IMG/VR virus record: IMGVR_UViG_3300029448_000020
Coordinates: 1 to 64,000 of that record
Length of the DNA stretch: 64,000 nt
Strand: one strand, 5' to 3'
Source: an uncultured virus (IMG/VR IMGVR_UViG_3300029448_000020)
Lineage: Duplodnaviria; Heunggongvirae; Uroviricota; Caudoviricetes; Crassvirales
The position numbers and the translations under genes are program-made. Under the pieces are notes generated by a model. That model searched no databases, was not told the origin of the DNA, and saw nothing but the letters and a program-made list of their open reading frames with translations. Shown piece after piece: positions 27,815 through 39,596 of this stretch (its first letter is position 1; the number at the start of each line of letters is the position of its first letter).

Positions 27815-29419
27815 TTAAGATAATGTTGCTATATCGTCAACATCTAATTGCATTGTTACATCTTTTGTTCCCCACTTTTCTATATCAACATTATATTTTA
27901 AAGTAAGCGTGTCGTTAGATGACGATGTAGTTGATATAGCTACTGATATGCCTGTTATATCTAAATCAGTACCACCGTTACCAACAAAACCATTAGCAGA
28001 GTCGTTGTTTGGTATAGAGTTTGTCCAATCTGACTCACTACCAGATTCATTAGAAAATAATGGTGCGCCTAATGTACCTCCTGATCCATCAGATCCAGAT
28101 CTAAGAGCAAAAGCACCTGAACTGGCTTTAAATATGTGTGTTACTGAAAAATACTTAGCAATTGTTTTAGAATTTATTTCACTAGATTTTTTATTATATT
28201 TACCGGTATATGTTTTTGTTATAGGGTTACTATTATCAAAAGTAACAAAGGTTCCACTTCCAGTGTCAACAGTAGCGTTACTCCAAGTTGTCACTGTTTT
28301 TAATGTTAAAATTGGATTCATAAATTGATTTAATTGTTGTTGAACACTAGCAAAATCTGTACTTGCGTTAGCCCAGTTTTGAGGTATACCTTTTAAAAGT
28401 GCATCACCTAAATTATATTTTACCCATGTTCCATTATCGTGATTAGTTGAGTCATTAGAACCTACGTATATACGAGAACGTGCTTGAATATTATCGTAGC
28501 GAAACTTTATAGAATACCTCGTGTGTGATGTTTGTAGTGGGAAATTTACATAAAATTCTAATACCCCCTTTTTTGGAATAGTAAAATAATGTATTGGAAA
28601 AAATTCTGGTGGATAACCAGCGTAAATCCATTGACTACTAGTAGATACTGGCATAGTTGGCTTACCAATAGGTTGGGTGAATCCTGGTCTTCTTGCTTCT
28701 CTTTCAGCTGCTGGTAATAAAGAAGTTTCTTTTGAAGCTGTTATATTACCGTTGGCATCTAAAGTATCAGTTATCTTAGTTATAACTATAGGAACTACTG
28801 TCCCTTCTGACCCGGTGAGTCTAAATTTTCTTTTCTCACCAAGCGGGGATATGATATTGCTTCCAAATTCAAAGTTTAATAATCCTTCTTTATTAACCGT
28901 AGATCTGTCTGTTAATTTAGGAGCTAGGTCTTCACTTATCTGGTATCTTAGTGTTTCATTATTTGAAATATCTCTAGCATCATACATAACGTCAAATAAA
29001 TAACCTGTAAAATTACCCTTAGCATCTTTTGTCGTTTTGTTTAATTTGAAAAACACTCTATTATTAGTATTGTTTTCTATTTCAACTAAATTAGGAGATG
29101 TCGCGTGTTTTAGATTAACAGTAGTTCTGCTACCAATCTGGCCAGTTACTGGATCTATAATACCACCTATTTTTACTTGAGCAGCTTGACTTGCATTAAT
29201 ACTTATTGTACCGACTTTTGTTATAGTATTTAATTTTACTCTACCTGATATATTAAACACCGCTTTTTCACTATCAGTTCCTTCATTAGTTTTTGACAAT
29301 GTTACGTTTGAATAGTTTGATTGCAACACCTCAACTTCTGAATAATTGTCTACGTGATTTTGGATTATATTTTGTAAAGCATCTATTACTCCTAAATTTG
29401 ATATTTTTGATTTAGCCAT
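27815..29419 (-). CDS. putative tail/structural protein
   Basis: 534 aa, beta-rich, in the tail module. Confidence 0.55.
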   Translation of the reverse strand: MAKSKISNLGVIDALQNIIQNHVDNYSEVEVLQSNYSNVTLSKTNEGTDSEKAVFNISGRVKLNTITKVGTISINASQAAQVKIGGIIDPVTGQIGSRTTVNLKHATSPNLVEIENNTNNRVFFKLNKTTKDAKGNFTGYLFDVMYDARDISNNETLRYQISEDLAPKLTDRSTVNKEGLLNFEFGSNIISPLGEKRKFRLTGSEGTVVPIVITKITDTLDANGNITASKETSLLPAAEREARRPGFTQPIGKPTMPVSTSSQWIYAGYPPEFFPIHYFTIPKKGVLEFYVNFPLQTSHTRYSIKFRYDNIQARSRIYVGSNDSTNHDNGTWVKYNLGDALLKGIPQNWANASTDFASVQQQLNQFMNPILTLKTVTTWSNATVDTGSGTFVTFDNSNPITKTYTGKYNKKSSEINSKTIAKYFSVTHIFKASSGAFALRSGSDGSGGTLGAPLFSNESGSESDWTNSIPNNDSANGFVGNGGTDLDITGISVAISTTSSSNDTLTLKYNVDIEKWGTKDVTMQLDVDDIATLS

Positions 29420-29437
29420 TTTTTTTATTTTTTTTTA

Positions 29438-31291
29438 TTAACCCACATCTACACCTCCAATTAAATCTACGCTAAAAGGTAAGCATTGTTGTCCGTCAAG
29501 TGCAGTAGCTTCTCCGTTTATTAGTATTTTTATGTTATCTGGATTTGCCCCTGGAACGTAATTATGAAGATTGTTTAAATTGACCAACACCGCATTACCT
29601 ACCCAATCAGAAGCACAATATGGCTCAGGCATAATACCATTAGGCCCCTCCCCATCCGGAGGCGTAGTTGTTGCCCACTCGACACCGGTGTCAAAACCAA
29701 TAAGTTGAGATAAAGCAGAATATTCATTTTCTACTGATGTTATAAATTGCCCTAAAATTGGAATACCTAGAGTGTATTGCTTACTGTCAATTAATGTAAC
29801 ATCTGGATCACCTCCAGGTGGGACAATACTGTTGCTTGTGGTAAAGTAGTCGCTGAGAGGAGTGTCTAAAAAATACGCAGCAAAATCATCCGAATTATTT
29901 ATATTGTTAATGCCAATATCATTTAGCCAAGCACGAACGCCATAATACTTTGTAGCACCTCTCCATGATGACGTTAAAGCTCCACTTCCTTCACCATAAC
30001 CACCTACTACTTCATATGGGTGATTTGTTAACTGCTCGTAATTAATTGATTGTTGTATTGAAGACGGAAAACTATCCTTCCAGTTTTGTACAAACGATTG
30101 AGGCACATTAGGTCCAAAAACATCACCAACAGTGTTTTGATATTGCTTTTGCAATAAAATTTCACTATTTGAGTACCACTGACCTCCAACTCCTGTCCCA
30201 AGAACGCCTGATATTGGTTCGTAATCGAAATAAGTTTGATCTCCCGCCGCATTTGGTCCTCGATTCACACTAAGATTATGTCTAGATAGAACATAACCTT
30301 CATTAGGTACTATCCAAAAAAATATTGACTTCAAGCTATTAAAAATTTCAGGTAAAGCAACACTTCCTTCCCACCAAACATTAGATGGATTAAATGTAAT
30401 ACTAGCTCTATGTGGTTCTTGAGGATTCCAACTGGTTTGATAACCATATCCATCGTAAGTGGCACTACTACCGCCAAACATGGAAAATCCAGGTAAATAT
30501 GGAATTATTGAAAAGTTAGAATTTACTCCTGATAGAGCCTCTAAAGTTAGAGTCCAAGAGTTGTCTGTTGTTGATGTGGTAACATTTGTGTTTCCACTAT
30601 TTGAATCTACTGTTATAGGTGTTGCACTACCGCCAACATACAATTTGTACGCAACAAGACCATCAAGCATATTGTTTGTTGTAAGTTCATTAGATGTTAA
30701 AAAAACAGGTGTAGTGTTTGTTAGTATATCGTGCTCTGGATTAATGTAAGCCAAAACTACTACTTTATTACCAACGGTATCTGGTGTTCCAGCTGAATTT
30801 GTTGAAAAGTTAAAATCAAATACTTTTACTTTACTGTAAATTGTCTGACCATTTGGCCATAAATTTATGGTTGCCGCAGTTCCATCTGTTAAAGTAGTTG
30901 AAGCACCATTAATCCATTCTCTAACTAATACACTTCCTCCAGTGTAACCAGGGTATAAATTATCTTCATACTCTTCGCTAGTGGGTTCGTATTTACCAGT
31001 AGTAATATAAGGATTTACTGTAGTAAGAGATCCACTTGGATATCCACTAAATTCCTCCATGTTTATATTTGAGGCCGCTATAGTATATTCAGCACTATTT
31101 GTTGGTTCTAATATCATCCTAAGAGGTATAGCACCATTATCAACAACACCATCACCATCACTTTCTCCTGGTAAGGCTATGTCTTGATTTCCCCACAAGC
31201 TAGATTCCGTAATTTGACCATCTGCATTTGGAAATATATCGTTAGATAAATTTATAGGGACATTATAAGCTTGTATATTTTGAGTAGGCAT
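29438..31291 (-). CDS. putative tail/structural protein
   Basis: 617 aa, Gly/Asn/Pro-rich, in the tail module. Confidence 0.55.
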   Translation of the reverse strand: MPTQNIQAYNVPINLSNDIFPNADGQITESSLWGNQDIALPGESDGDGVVDNGAIPLRMILEPTNSAEYTIAASNINMEEFSGYPSGSLTTVNPYITTGKYEPTSEEYEDNLYPGYTGGSVLVREWINGASTTLTDGTAATINLWPNGQTIYSKVKVFDFNFSTNSAGTPDTVGNKVVVLAYINPEHDILTNTTPVFLTSNELTTNNMLDGLVAYKLYVGGSATPITVDSNSGNTNVTTSTTDNSWTLTLEALSGVNSNFSIIPYLPGFSMFGGSSATYDGYGYQTSWNPQEPHRASITFNPSNVWWEGSVALPEIFNSLKSIFFWIVPNEGYVLSRHNLSVNRGPNAAGDQTYFDYEPISGVLGTGVGGQWYSNSEILLQKQYQNTVGDVFGPNVPQSFVQNWKDSFPSSIQQSINYEQLTNHPYEVVGGYGEGSGALTSSWRGATKYYGVRAWLNDIGINNINNSDDFAAYFLDTPLSDYFTTSNSIVPPGGDPDVTLIDSKQYTLGIPILGQFITSVENEYSALSQLIGFDTGVEWATTTPPDGEGPNGIMPEPYCASDWVGNAVLVNLNNLHNYVPGANPDNIKILINGEATALDGQQCLPFSVDLIGGVDVG

Positions 31292-31322
31292 ATTATTTAT
31301 TTTAATTAATCATTAATTAGCG

Positions 31323-34300
31323 TTATGAAACATATCCTCCGTAACCTTCAATATCAGTTGAACCACCCTCTATTTTTAATGTAGCTGCATTTTGAGCACT
31401 AACAACATTATTTACAGCAACTGAACTAGTTGTTGTACTTGTTGTTCCACCACAACTATTTGTTACGGTTGTTTCTGTTGTTACTGTTGATGTTCCATCT
31501 CCATTATCTGTAGTCGTTACTGTTTCTGTAGTGACTATACAATTATCGGTACCACTAAGAACTGTTGTACTAACAACATTTGTACCTATATTTTCAACGG
31601 TTCCCTCTAAGTAACCTAAACCTTGAACGCTAAATTCATTTAAGTCTTTGTCTGTTATCTTTCCACGCTCATCTCCATCTATTTTATTATACCACTTTCC
31701 TTCTTTTTCTCTAAACTCGTGAACAGATCCTTTTAGCGACATGTCTGTAGTTATATTGCTAACCCACCATCCATCTTTAGCACTTAGATTGTAATATTCT
31801 TTGTCAGTTAACTCTAATAGATTGTTATTAGAATCTACAACTTGTTCTGTTGTGAATTGTTTTACTAAACCTTGTGATCCTTCGTAGTTAACACTTGTAA
31901 AAGATTTAACAGCACCTGGCATGTCATTAAATAAAACATCAACTTGTGAATTTTCACAGTACTCACTTAACTCTGATAATTGTGGTTCATTTGTTATAAA
32001 TTCTCTTGGAGCATAAAAAGTATTTCTGTTGGCAACTTTTCCATAACTTAAGCTAGATGGGTTATCATTAATTATATCCACATTATGCTCCCAAGCCGTA
32101 AAAGATGTTTGATTGGTTGTTACACCATTTGGAATTGTAGGTTTCAATTGTTTGGCAGCTATATATTTTCCACCAACAGTTACTCCGGCTTCTGGTATAA
32201 AAGATTTAAAACTAACCCAGCCTTTTGACGCTTCGCTAAAAGATACAGTAGTGTCTTTTTGTTGCGATATTCCAAGATTTGATTTGTAATCAAGTGTTAA
32301 ATTGTATTCACCGTTTACTCCATCAAAAGTTCCTAATAGTATTTTTGCTTTTTTCAAATTATTTCTAAACCAAGTTTTCATACCAACACTTGATATTGGC
32401 GTTAATCCGTTTCCAGATAATCTTAAAACAGCACCTCTCTGCATGTCTGTAAAGTATAGTCTAAATTGATCCCAAGCTAATGACTCTGGATTATTAGATA
32501 TTCCATAGTCACCTGAAAATGGTATTGCTGTACCAAGAACTCTATTTGTTGCTGTTAATTGAGCATTACCATCAGCATTAAATAAAGCATCCTTATTGGT
32601 TATAACTTTTAGTATTTTATCTTCAGTAAATGTTACTATATCATTGTCACGTGTTTTTAATGCTTGAATAGATCCATAAGAAGGATTTATGTCTTTTGTT
32701 ATTTTTTCTGCTTGATTAAACTCATTTAAATTATTAACACCTGATGTAGAGTTAAATATACCAGAATATATTAATGATGATTTTTTATGCTCTTCACCAA
32801 ACTCTAAAAATGTAGTAGAAACACTAACACCATTATCTATTTGAGGAGCATTAAAGTCATCACGTATTCTATCAGATTCAACACCATTACCAAAAGACCA
32901 ACAATTGTGCCAAGATAACGTTATTGGTTGTTTCCAAACCTTAGGATCAACTTTAAAAAACCCGGTCCAAGCATTAGTTCCGTCGTTACTAGTGGTTTTT
33001 CTAAATCTAACTTCAGCTCTACTATCTAGAAAAGTAAAATCGTTACCACTAATAGTAACTTCACCATCTCCATCAAAATACATGTCTTCTGGATAACACC
33101 AATTAAAACTAGTTGTATCAAATTGTAAGTCATTTCCATCCTTGTCTATTGGATAAACTTTTGGAGCAAATGGTATTTTAGCTATAGTTTGCATTCCGTC
33201 TGAGTGTTCAAAAGCAAAATACCTATATGGACTAGAACCAGTTGGTACTATTCCATTGTCGCTACTTATTTCAATATCAAGTCCACTTTCTTGGTCAGTA
33301 AATGTTCTAGCGTACATTCTATATGTTGGATTTTCTAAATCTGTTTGAAATTGTATTCCGACTATAACATCCGCCTCGTGATATCCAACATAAAACACTT
33401 TGTGATTAATACCATAAGTAAAATCAACACTTGTTTCTGCATTTTCACCACTTTTTAAAGTTACCTTACAATCTAATGGAATGAAATCCGTTGCGTTTTC
33501 ACTAGTTAAATTCATTGGTATTGCATCAGACGCTTCATAATATAAGTCTAATCCAATATCTTCTTTTGGTTCTGTTTCAAAAACAGCAGCATCAGCACTT
33601 GGTATAACAGCTTGTGGATCATCCATGTTAGTCATAACAGCACTTATAGGCATAGACTCTCTAAAATCATGACATAGTTCTCCTCTAGGATCCCAATCAG
33701 TTAAGTCAACACCTCTAGTTCCACCATCACGTAACAATCCAACTGTTGTGTCAAATTCTCTAAATTCAATTCTAAACCCTTGTCTATAGCATTGATCCTC
33801 ACCAACATTACACTCATTACAAGTATTAGTAAAATCCAAAGGGCCGCCAATCAATATATTTGCTAATGTTGGACCAGAGTTGTTTTGAGCCACCTGAAGC
33901 GCTGTGTAAGTAGATGTTCCGTTGTTATTTTCGTTCCAATCACTATCAAGTGAACTGTAGTTCTTAGCATCATTCCATTCATCAAAACCATCTCCAACTA
34001 TTTGATATACTCTATCGTTTGGATCTCCAGCAAATCTAAATTTATTACCAGGTTGCGTCATATAGTTTTTAAACGCGAGCTCATCACCTGTCCAACCCCA
34101 GTTATTTAATATAGAGAAACAAATTCTACCAGCTTCAGCATTTATAGTATTATCAAACCCAAGACCAGATTTATAACCTTGATCTAATCCAGTTGGTTTA
34201 TAATAATATTGTGAATTTGTAGTTCCAGCGTCATCATCTACATTGTTATTTGCAACATCCTGTTCTACTCCATCACTACCTCCCTCTAATTCCATGAATT

Positions 34301-37300
34301 TTGCTCTAGCGGAATCAATAAATATTTTCGTGTTATTATTATTGTTTACTTGATTAATAGTCCAACCCCAAAATCGCTTAGTCATTCTAGCCCAATTAAC
34401 TAAACTATCTGTATCATTAAACGCATTTTCTTGATATTGACTATTACCACTTAAAGCACAACCTAGCCCTAAAAATCCTCCAGCATTTTGAGGAGTGAGA
34501 TCACCACTGAATGGTCCATTTCCGTTGTTCCAATCTGAATTTATTTGCGTAAGACCAGCTACATTATTAGAAGAACTATTATCAGAATCAAATCCAGCAT
34601 CTCCACTTTCAATAGCCGCAGCACCAGTATTACCACTATCAGATTCTTTAAACCAAGTATAATTACATCTAGGACCTGGTGATGTTGCTGTTGCACTAGC
34701 TGGATTAACATCTTGACTATCTACATAACCAACTAACCATGTAGTAGAATTATAGAATTGTATAGAGTCTGACACAAAGTTCATTACTCTATCTTCTAAT
34801 GCAACATCTTTTTCTAATTTAACAAAAAACTTACCATCAAATTGAGCTTGAGTTGTATTAACTACATCTTCTTTAAACTCAACAAAATACTTTAAGCCAG
34901 CTGTGTCAAGACTACTAGATTCAAAAAAAGATAACATATTAGCTGAAGTATTAAATGCTTTTCTCCATCTAATTATACCTTCGGTATTATTATTTGTAGT
35001 TCCATAGTAAGTTATAGTACGCCACTGAGTACCTTTTCTTTCGTTATCACCAGCCACACCAACTATTCTAATCTTTAAATCTCCTTTTGGCTGATAGTTC
35101 ATTAAAAAATCATTCCAACCAGACAATCTTAAACTAGTTTTTTGCATTAATAAATCTGGTGCCACTGATGATGTATCAGGGTTAGCTGTTGAAAATACAC
35201 CAAAGTCACCACTATTTGCATCTTCAGCGTAGTCATCTTCAAGTATTTCAACTCTACCCATTATTCTAGGTTCAACTCTTATAAAATCTGGTGGTTCGTT
35301 TGCTATTGATATAACCTTATATCTTGCTCTTTCTGTAACCGGTGTTGGTTGACCGTGAGTTGATTTTAAATTCAAGTAAGTTGATTCATCGACTTTATTT
35401 CTATCAGCAGAAGCAAAAGCTATCCATAAATTACCATCTTCAGCCTCATACCACCTATCCATTATAAGATTGTAATATTCGTTCGATGTTTCTTTTACGT
35501 AATATTTTACGTATTCTATCCAGTTTTCTGGAGATGATGATATTACTCCATAATCCCATATTTGCTTTAATTGAAATCTATTTCTCATAGACGAAAAAGC
35601 TTTCTCAACACTAACATCACCAGACTGCATGTCCTGACCATCTGTAGTGCCTAGTCCTTCTAGATAACCACCTGTTATAACTGGAGTTTCTCTACCGTAC
35701 TTATCTCCAAATACCATACCCCACTTATAATTTCTAATAGATTTGACTGATTTTTTCGGCGCTGTTTGACTTGGAGAATCATCACTAATTAAGTTTTGCT
35801 CTAATCCTATTGCGCTATCTATATTATATCCTTGAACATAATTACCAAAAACTATTCTATTAGCTGCTATTTCTTGAGCTAAAGCTCTTCTTGGCACATT
35901 ATCCCAAGCTCTAAGTAGTTGATTTTTTTCAACAACCCTATGTATCATTTCTGATGTTATAGTTAATTGACCAAAAGCGTTATTACTATTATCTTCATTT
36001 AAAGTGAACTCGTCCCACTCTGGATCTCTTCCTCTTCTAATAGTTTTAACTACATAACAATTTGGTGATTCAGTAGTTTTCCACAATATATCAACCTCAG
36101 AAACATCAAGAGGTCTTGTTCTTTGATATGGAATAAAATCTTTTACTACTAAACTTCTAACAGTGTTTACCATTCCTAAATTGTAACCTTTTTTATGATT
36201 AAAATCATATTTACCAGGTAAAAATGCTAACTCAGACCAAGGGCCAAAACTAGAGTATTCTCCGTCATCATACTTGTACCGACAAGCAAATCTACCCATT
36301 TTTAATTCAAATAAAGGATTTCTTTCTACTAAAGTAACCGTCCAAACACCTGAGTTATTAACAAAAGAATTAGCTGGAATATAATTTGTACTAACTGACG
36401 TTATTGTTACAGTTAAAGATTGAATTCCATCATATGTATTTATCGTACCCCTTATTACTGCTCTATTTTCAACGTCTGTTATTTCTTCAGTAAATGTTAA
36501 TATATCATTAAACGTCCAGTTTAAATCAGCTAATAATGTGTCATTAATGGTTACTATATCGCCTACACTAAAATTGCCATCATTTCCTAAGAAATCATTA
36601 ACTAAACCAGTTACGGAACCTGAACCTTCTCTTGTTGAAGCACTCATTTCTATTGATGGTGCTTTTGTTGGAGCTTTTCTAATAACAGTGATGTGTTCTT
36701 TTTTAATATCACCTCCAACGCTTGGAGATAATATACCACTTTCAGCGTCTGATAAAGATATAATATCACTTGATGATATTGGATCATTGATCATTAGTTG
36801 AGTATGATCTTTCCAAAAGTCGCTAGTAGATTTTGTACCTGCTATACATTTTTTAATATTAATTTTTTTTGGTTCATCGTTATTGTCTGTCCAAAATAAA
36901 AAATCATCAATTAAACTTATTGCAGATATTTTTCTATCTTGATCAAAGTTTAATACACGATCAGGATATTCAAATATTATATTACCAATTGCGCCCCAAT
37001 TATTTCCACCACTTATACTTCTTTCTTGCACTAAGTTTATTTGATAACCATCATTAGTAGCCGTATTATCTATAATATCTTGTATTTCAAAAGTTAATAA
37101 TGGAGCATACGAAACTCCACCCGAACCAAAGCATTTAGCTTTCATTCCAACCCTCAGATCACTGGCGTTATCCATTCTTAATTGCTGAATATTTTCAGGT
37201 AAACCTGGATCTTGAGCTCCAAAAAACCCAGCTAAACCTTTAGCTTGACCTATTACAGCGTACTTATCTACAAAAACAGGTCTTATTTTTATTTTTTCAG

Positions 37301-37691
37301 TTCCACTTCCCGTGTCAACCTCAATAATAGTATCTACAAATGTTTTTATTGTTGTAAATCCACCTTCTGTATTATTTTTAACTTTCTGTAAATCTAAACC
37401 AGCTATAAAGAAATAAGCTTTATTAGTTTTTTCATCTGCAATACTACCAACAACTGTTGGTTTATTTGTATCATCTGTTTTGTATGGTTCTTCATGATAA
37501 ACTTTTGAAAATATTTCTTGCGTTCCTTGAACGTTTTGAACAGTACCAGCATTACCAACACCGTCAGCATCACCATCAGTTGTTCTAACCTGAACATTCA
37601 TCGCATGTCTATATTCGCCATTAGCAACAAGTCTCTCATCGAGATCTTTATTCATCTTTGCTCCAGCAAAATTATTTTTAATTTCCGGCAT
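31323..37691 (-). CDS. tail stabilization/nozzle protein (P22 gp10/crAss-like type) with large insertions
   Basis: MPEIKNNF..KMNKDLDERL, NGVESDRIRDDFN, YGISNNPES, GWVSFKSF, EKEGKWY motifs; follows the tubular proteins. Confidence 0.7.
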   Translation of the reverse strand: MPEIKNNFAGAKMNKDLDERLVANGEYRHAMNVQVRTTDGDADGVGNAGTVQNVQGTQEIFSKVYHEEPYKTDDTNKPTVVGSIADEKTNKAYFFIAGLDLQKVKNNTEGGFTTIKTFVDTIIEVDTGSGTEKIKIRPVFVDKYAVIGQAKGLAGFFGAQDPGLPENIQQLRMDNASDLRVGMKAKCFGSGGVSYAPLLTFEIQDIIDNTATNDGYQINLVQERSISGGNNWGAIGNIIFEYPDRVLNFDQDRKISAISLIDDFLFWTDNNDEPKKINIKKCIAGTKSTSDFWKDHTQLMINDPISSSDIISLSDAESGILSPSVGGDIKKEHITVIRKAPTKAPSIEMSASTREGSGSVTGLVNDFLGNDGNFSVGDIVTINDTLLADLNWTFNDILTFTEEITDVENRAVIRGTINTYDGIQSLTVTITSVSTNYIPANSFVNNSGVWTVTLVERNPLFELKMGRFACRYKYDDGEYSSFGPWSELAFLPGKYDFNHKKGYNLGMVNTVRSLVVKDFIPYQRTRPLDVSEVDILWKTTESPNCYVVKTIRRGRDPEWDEFTLNEDNSNNAFGQLTITSEMIHRVVEKNQLLRAWDNVPRRALAQEIAANRIVFGNYVQGYNIDSAIGLEQNLISDDSPSQTAPKKSVKSIRNYKWGMVFGDKYGRETPVITGGYLEGLGTTDGQDMQSGDVSVEKAFSSMRNRFQLKQIWDYGVISSSPENWIEYVKYYVKETSNEYYNLIMDRWYEAEDGNLWIAFASADRNKVDESTYLNLKSTHGQPTPVTERARYKVISIANEPPDFIRVEPRIMGRVEILEDDYAEDANSGDFGVFSTANPDTSSVAPDLLMQKTSLRLSGWNDFLMNYQPKGDLKIRIVGVAGDNERKGTQWRTITYYGTTNNNTEGIIRWRKAFNTSANMLSFFESSSLDTAGLKYFVEFKEDVVNTTQAQFDGKFFVKLEKDVALEDRVMNFVSDSIQFYNSTTWLVGYVDSQDVNPASATATSPGPRCNYTWFKESDSGNTGAAAIESGDAGFDSDNSSSNNVAGLTQINSDWNNGNGPFSGDLTPQNAGGFLGLGCALSGNSQYQENAFNDTDSLVNWARMTKRFWGWTINQVNNNNNTKIFIDSARAKFMELEGGSDGVEQDVANNNVDDDAGTTNSQYYYKPTGLDQGYKSGLGFDNTINAEAGRICFSILNNWGWTGDELAFKNYMTQPGNKFRFAGDPNDRVYQIVGDGFDEWNDAKNYSSLDSDWNENNNGTSTYTALQVAQNNSGPTLANILIGGPLDFTNTCNECNVGEDQCYRQGFRIEFREFDTTVGLLRDGGTRGVDLTDWDPRGELCHDFRESMPISAVMTNMDDPQAVIPSADAAVFETEPKEDIGLDLYYEASDAIPMNLTSENATDFIPLDCKVTLKSGENAETSVDFTYGINHKVFYVGYHEADVIVGIQFQTDLENPTYRMYARTFTDQESGLDIEISSDNGIVPTGSSPYRYFAFEHSDGMQTIAKIPFAPKVYPIDKDGNDLQFDTTSFNWCYPEDMYFDGDGEVTISGNDFTFLDSRAEVRFRKTTSNDGTNAWTGFFKVDPKVWKQPITLSWHNCWSFGNGVESDRIRDDFNAPQIDNGVSVSTTFLEFGEEHKKSSLIYSGIFNSTSGVNNLNEFNQAEKITKDINPSYGSIQALKTRDNDIVTFTEDKILKVITNKDALFNADGNAQLTATNRVLGTAIPFSGDYGISNNPESLAWDQFRLYFTDMQRGAVLRLSGNGLTPISSVGMKTWFRNNLKKAKILLGTFDGVNGEYNLTLDYKSNLGISQQKDTTVSFSEASKGWVSFKSFIPEAGVTVGGKYIAAKQLKPTIPNGVTTNQTSFTAWEHNVDIINDNPSSLSYGKVANRNTFYAPREFITNEPQLSELSEYCENSQVDVLFNDMPGAVKSFTSVNYEGSQGLVKQFTTEQVVDSNNNLLELTDKEYYNLSAKDGWWVSNITTDMSLKGSVHEFREKEGKWYNKIDGDERGKITDKDLNEFSVQGLGYLEGTVENIGTNVVSTTVLSGTDNCIVTTETVTTTDNGDGTSTVTTETTVTNSCGGTTSTTTSSVAVNNVVSAQNAATLKIEGGSTDIEGYGGYVS

Positions 37692-37695
37692 AATA

Positions 37696-38595
37696 TTATT
37701 TTATTTGTTTACCCATACCTTTAATGACCTGAGTAAATTCTTCTATCTTAATATTAGATAATCTAATTTTTGCTTTTCTAGTTTCAGCAAACTTTTCTCT
37801 TTTAAATCTTTGTATAATCATCTCTGGAATACCTGTTCTAACTGAAAGTAAACCATAAGCTATAGATTTGTAAACAGCTTCTTCAGCAAACTTATGTACA
37901 AGCATTTCTTCATCTGTACCTAAACCATCACTTACGTATTTTAATATAATCGTTTTACCTGATAGATTAGAACTAAAGTGTATAAAGTTTTTTAAAGGAT
38001 CAATATAAAAACTACCATGCTCATGAGCGTGTTGCGGATCTAATCCATATCGTCTACCTCTATAATCTAATTCCATGTCTGTTGCGTCAGTTGCATTTGT
38101 AGCTTGTGTACTACCAACTTGAGCCTCGTAATTCTGCCAAGTATTACTTTCATTAGTTTGCTCAATTAAACTATCTAATGCTCCATCGTTATCAACATCA
38201 CTATATTGATAAACACCATCTGTATCTTGAGTTATTGAAAATGGGTTTGATGTTTTACCTGTTGGATATAGATTTTTTTCAATACCATCAGAACCAACTG
38301 TTGTTAATTTAACATAATTAACATAATCCTGTGGCAGTATCATTTTTAAACTTCCTGGAAGTTCTATCTCTTGAGACTTAATAGATCTTAAAACATCATA
38401 AGAAAGTTCTTGTATAGCTCTCATGGCATGAAACTGAACATCAGTCCTATTAACTTTTGATATTATTTTACTTTCTCCAACATAAGAAAACATAAATGCA
38501 CTTATTATATTGTCTAGTGTGGTAAACTGGTAATTACCATATAAGCCAGGGGTTGTGTAATATGTGTTTTGGTTTTGATTATCTAATAGTCCCAT
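37696..38595 (-). CDS. tail tubular/adaptor (ring) protein
   Basis: FHAMRAIQELSYD, LPQDYVNYVK, LKYVSDGL; position. Confidence 0.65.
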   Translation of the reverse strand: MGLLDNQNQNTYYTTPGLYGNYQFTTLDNIISAFMFSYVGESKIISKVNRTDVQFHAMRAIQELSYDVLRSIKSQEIELPGSLKMILPQDYVNYVKLTTVGSDGIEKNLYPTGKTSNPFSITQDTDGVYQYSDVDNDGALDSLIEQTNESNTWQNYEAQVGSTQATNATDATDMELDYRGRRYGLDPQHAHEHGSFYIDPLKNFIHFSSNLSGKTIILKYVSDGLGTDEEMLVHKFAEEAVYKSIAYGLLSVRTGIPEMIIQRFKREKFAETRKAKIRLSNIKIEEFTQVIKGMGKQIK

Positions 38596-38597
38596 AA

Positions 38598-39323
38598 TTA
38601 ATCATTTTGATCTTGTTTAGTATTAGCTTTTTCCGCCATAGCAACCTCAACAATTCCAGGTTTTTGTATTATGACTCCAGCTAATTGTAATATTCTAGTT
38701 ACTAAAGCTTCTTCTTCTGATGGATGTAAAGAAAAATGTTGACTTGCGGAAGACGAGCCATTATATAAAGCTCTTCCTTTAACAACAACATATCCCCAAT
38801 TAGGAGTTGAAGGTTTTTTCCAGTAATCTATTCTGTAATACACGTTAGTACCTGTTGAAGGCACTGGAAATATAGAGATGGTATTGCTAGTTACAATATA
38901 TATAGGTCTAGCAAGTGACGGTGCTAACAAAGGATTAGCTATAGCATTTATATATTCTTTTTGATTTAATTCAGTAACTTCACGTCCAGTAATAGCATTA
39001 TTAACATCACTAGTTGAAATTGAATCTATATAATATGAATTACCTGGTATTCCAACCGTTCCAGTACCACCACCCTCTATTAACACATTGGTTGTTGCTT
39101 TAAATGGGTACATTTTTTTATGAAGTAACTCCATTTCATCTCCATGGTTTATATTAGTTTTAGGTTTTTGATAAGCCATTTTTAAATCATAAAAATATGT
39201 ATCAAATATTTCCATTTGAGCTTTATCTGCCATAAGGTTGAATTCTTGAGGTGTTATATAACCTCTTTGCTCTTTATTAGCTAAAGCTAAAACCTTTTGA
39301 TATACTGTATCTATATTTACCAT
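38598..39323 (-). CDS. head-tail connector/tail tubular protein
   Basis: VYQKVLALANKEQRGYITPQEFN, Y.KKP..P.WGY; position. Confidence 0.65.
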   Translation of the reverse strand: MVNIDTVYQKVLALANKEQRGYITPQEFNLMADKAQMEIFDTYFYDLKMAYQKPKTNINHGDEMELLHKKMYPFKATTNVLIEGGGTGTVGIPGNSYYIDSISTSDVNNAITGREVTELNQKEYINAIANPLLAPSLARPIYIVTSNTISIFPVPSTGTNVYYRIDYWKKPSTPNWGYVVVKGRALYNGSSSASQHFSLHPSEEEALVTRILQLAGVIIQKPGIVEVAMAEKANTKQDQND

Positions 39324-39325
39324 TT

Positions 39326-39487
39326 TTATTTATTTTTATAAGGAAATTGTTTATTTAGAAATTCTTTCCTTTTTTCACATCCACAATCTTTTATTCCAGC
39401 TGCGTCTGTCATTAGTTCCATAAGTGTTTTTAATCCTGTAGCTTTAGTTATTTTTTCTACAGAATCTCCTAATCCTTTCGATTCCAT
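39326..39487 (-). CDS. small protein MESKGLGDSVEKITKATG...DCGCEKRKEFLN
   Basis: 53-aa ORF translated by hand; GLGD/CGC pattern typical of small phage proteins. Confidence 0.65.
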   Translation of the reverse strand: MESKGLGDSVEKITKATGLKTLMELMTDAAGIKDCGCEKRKEFLNKQFPYKNK

Positions 39488-39543
39488 AATAATATCCATT
39501 TTACTTTATTATAGTTACATAATAACGAGAAAGGTTAGCATCT

Positions 39544-39576
39544 AAATAAAAATAGCCACTCCTTTCGGGTGGCTAT
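39544..39576 (-). terminator. intrinsic terminator after the head-gene block
   Basis: ATAGCCAC...GTGGCTAT stem followed by TTTTTATTT on the minus strand. Confidence 0.8.
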
Positions 39577-39596
39577 CTCTATCAGTTAAAAGATTA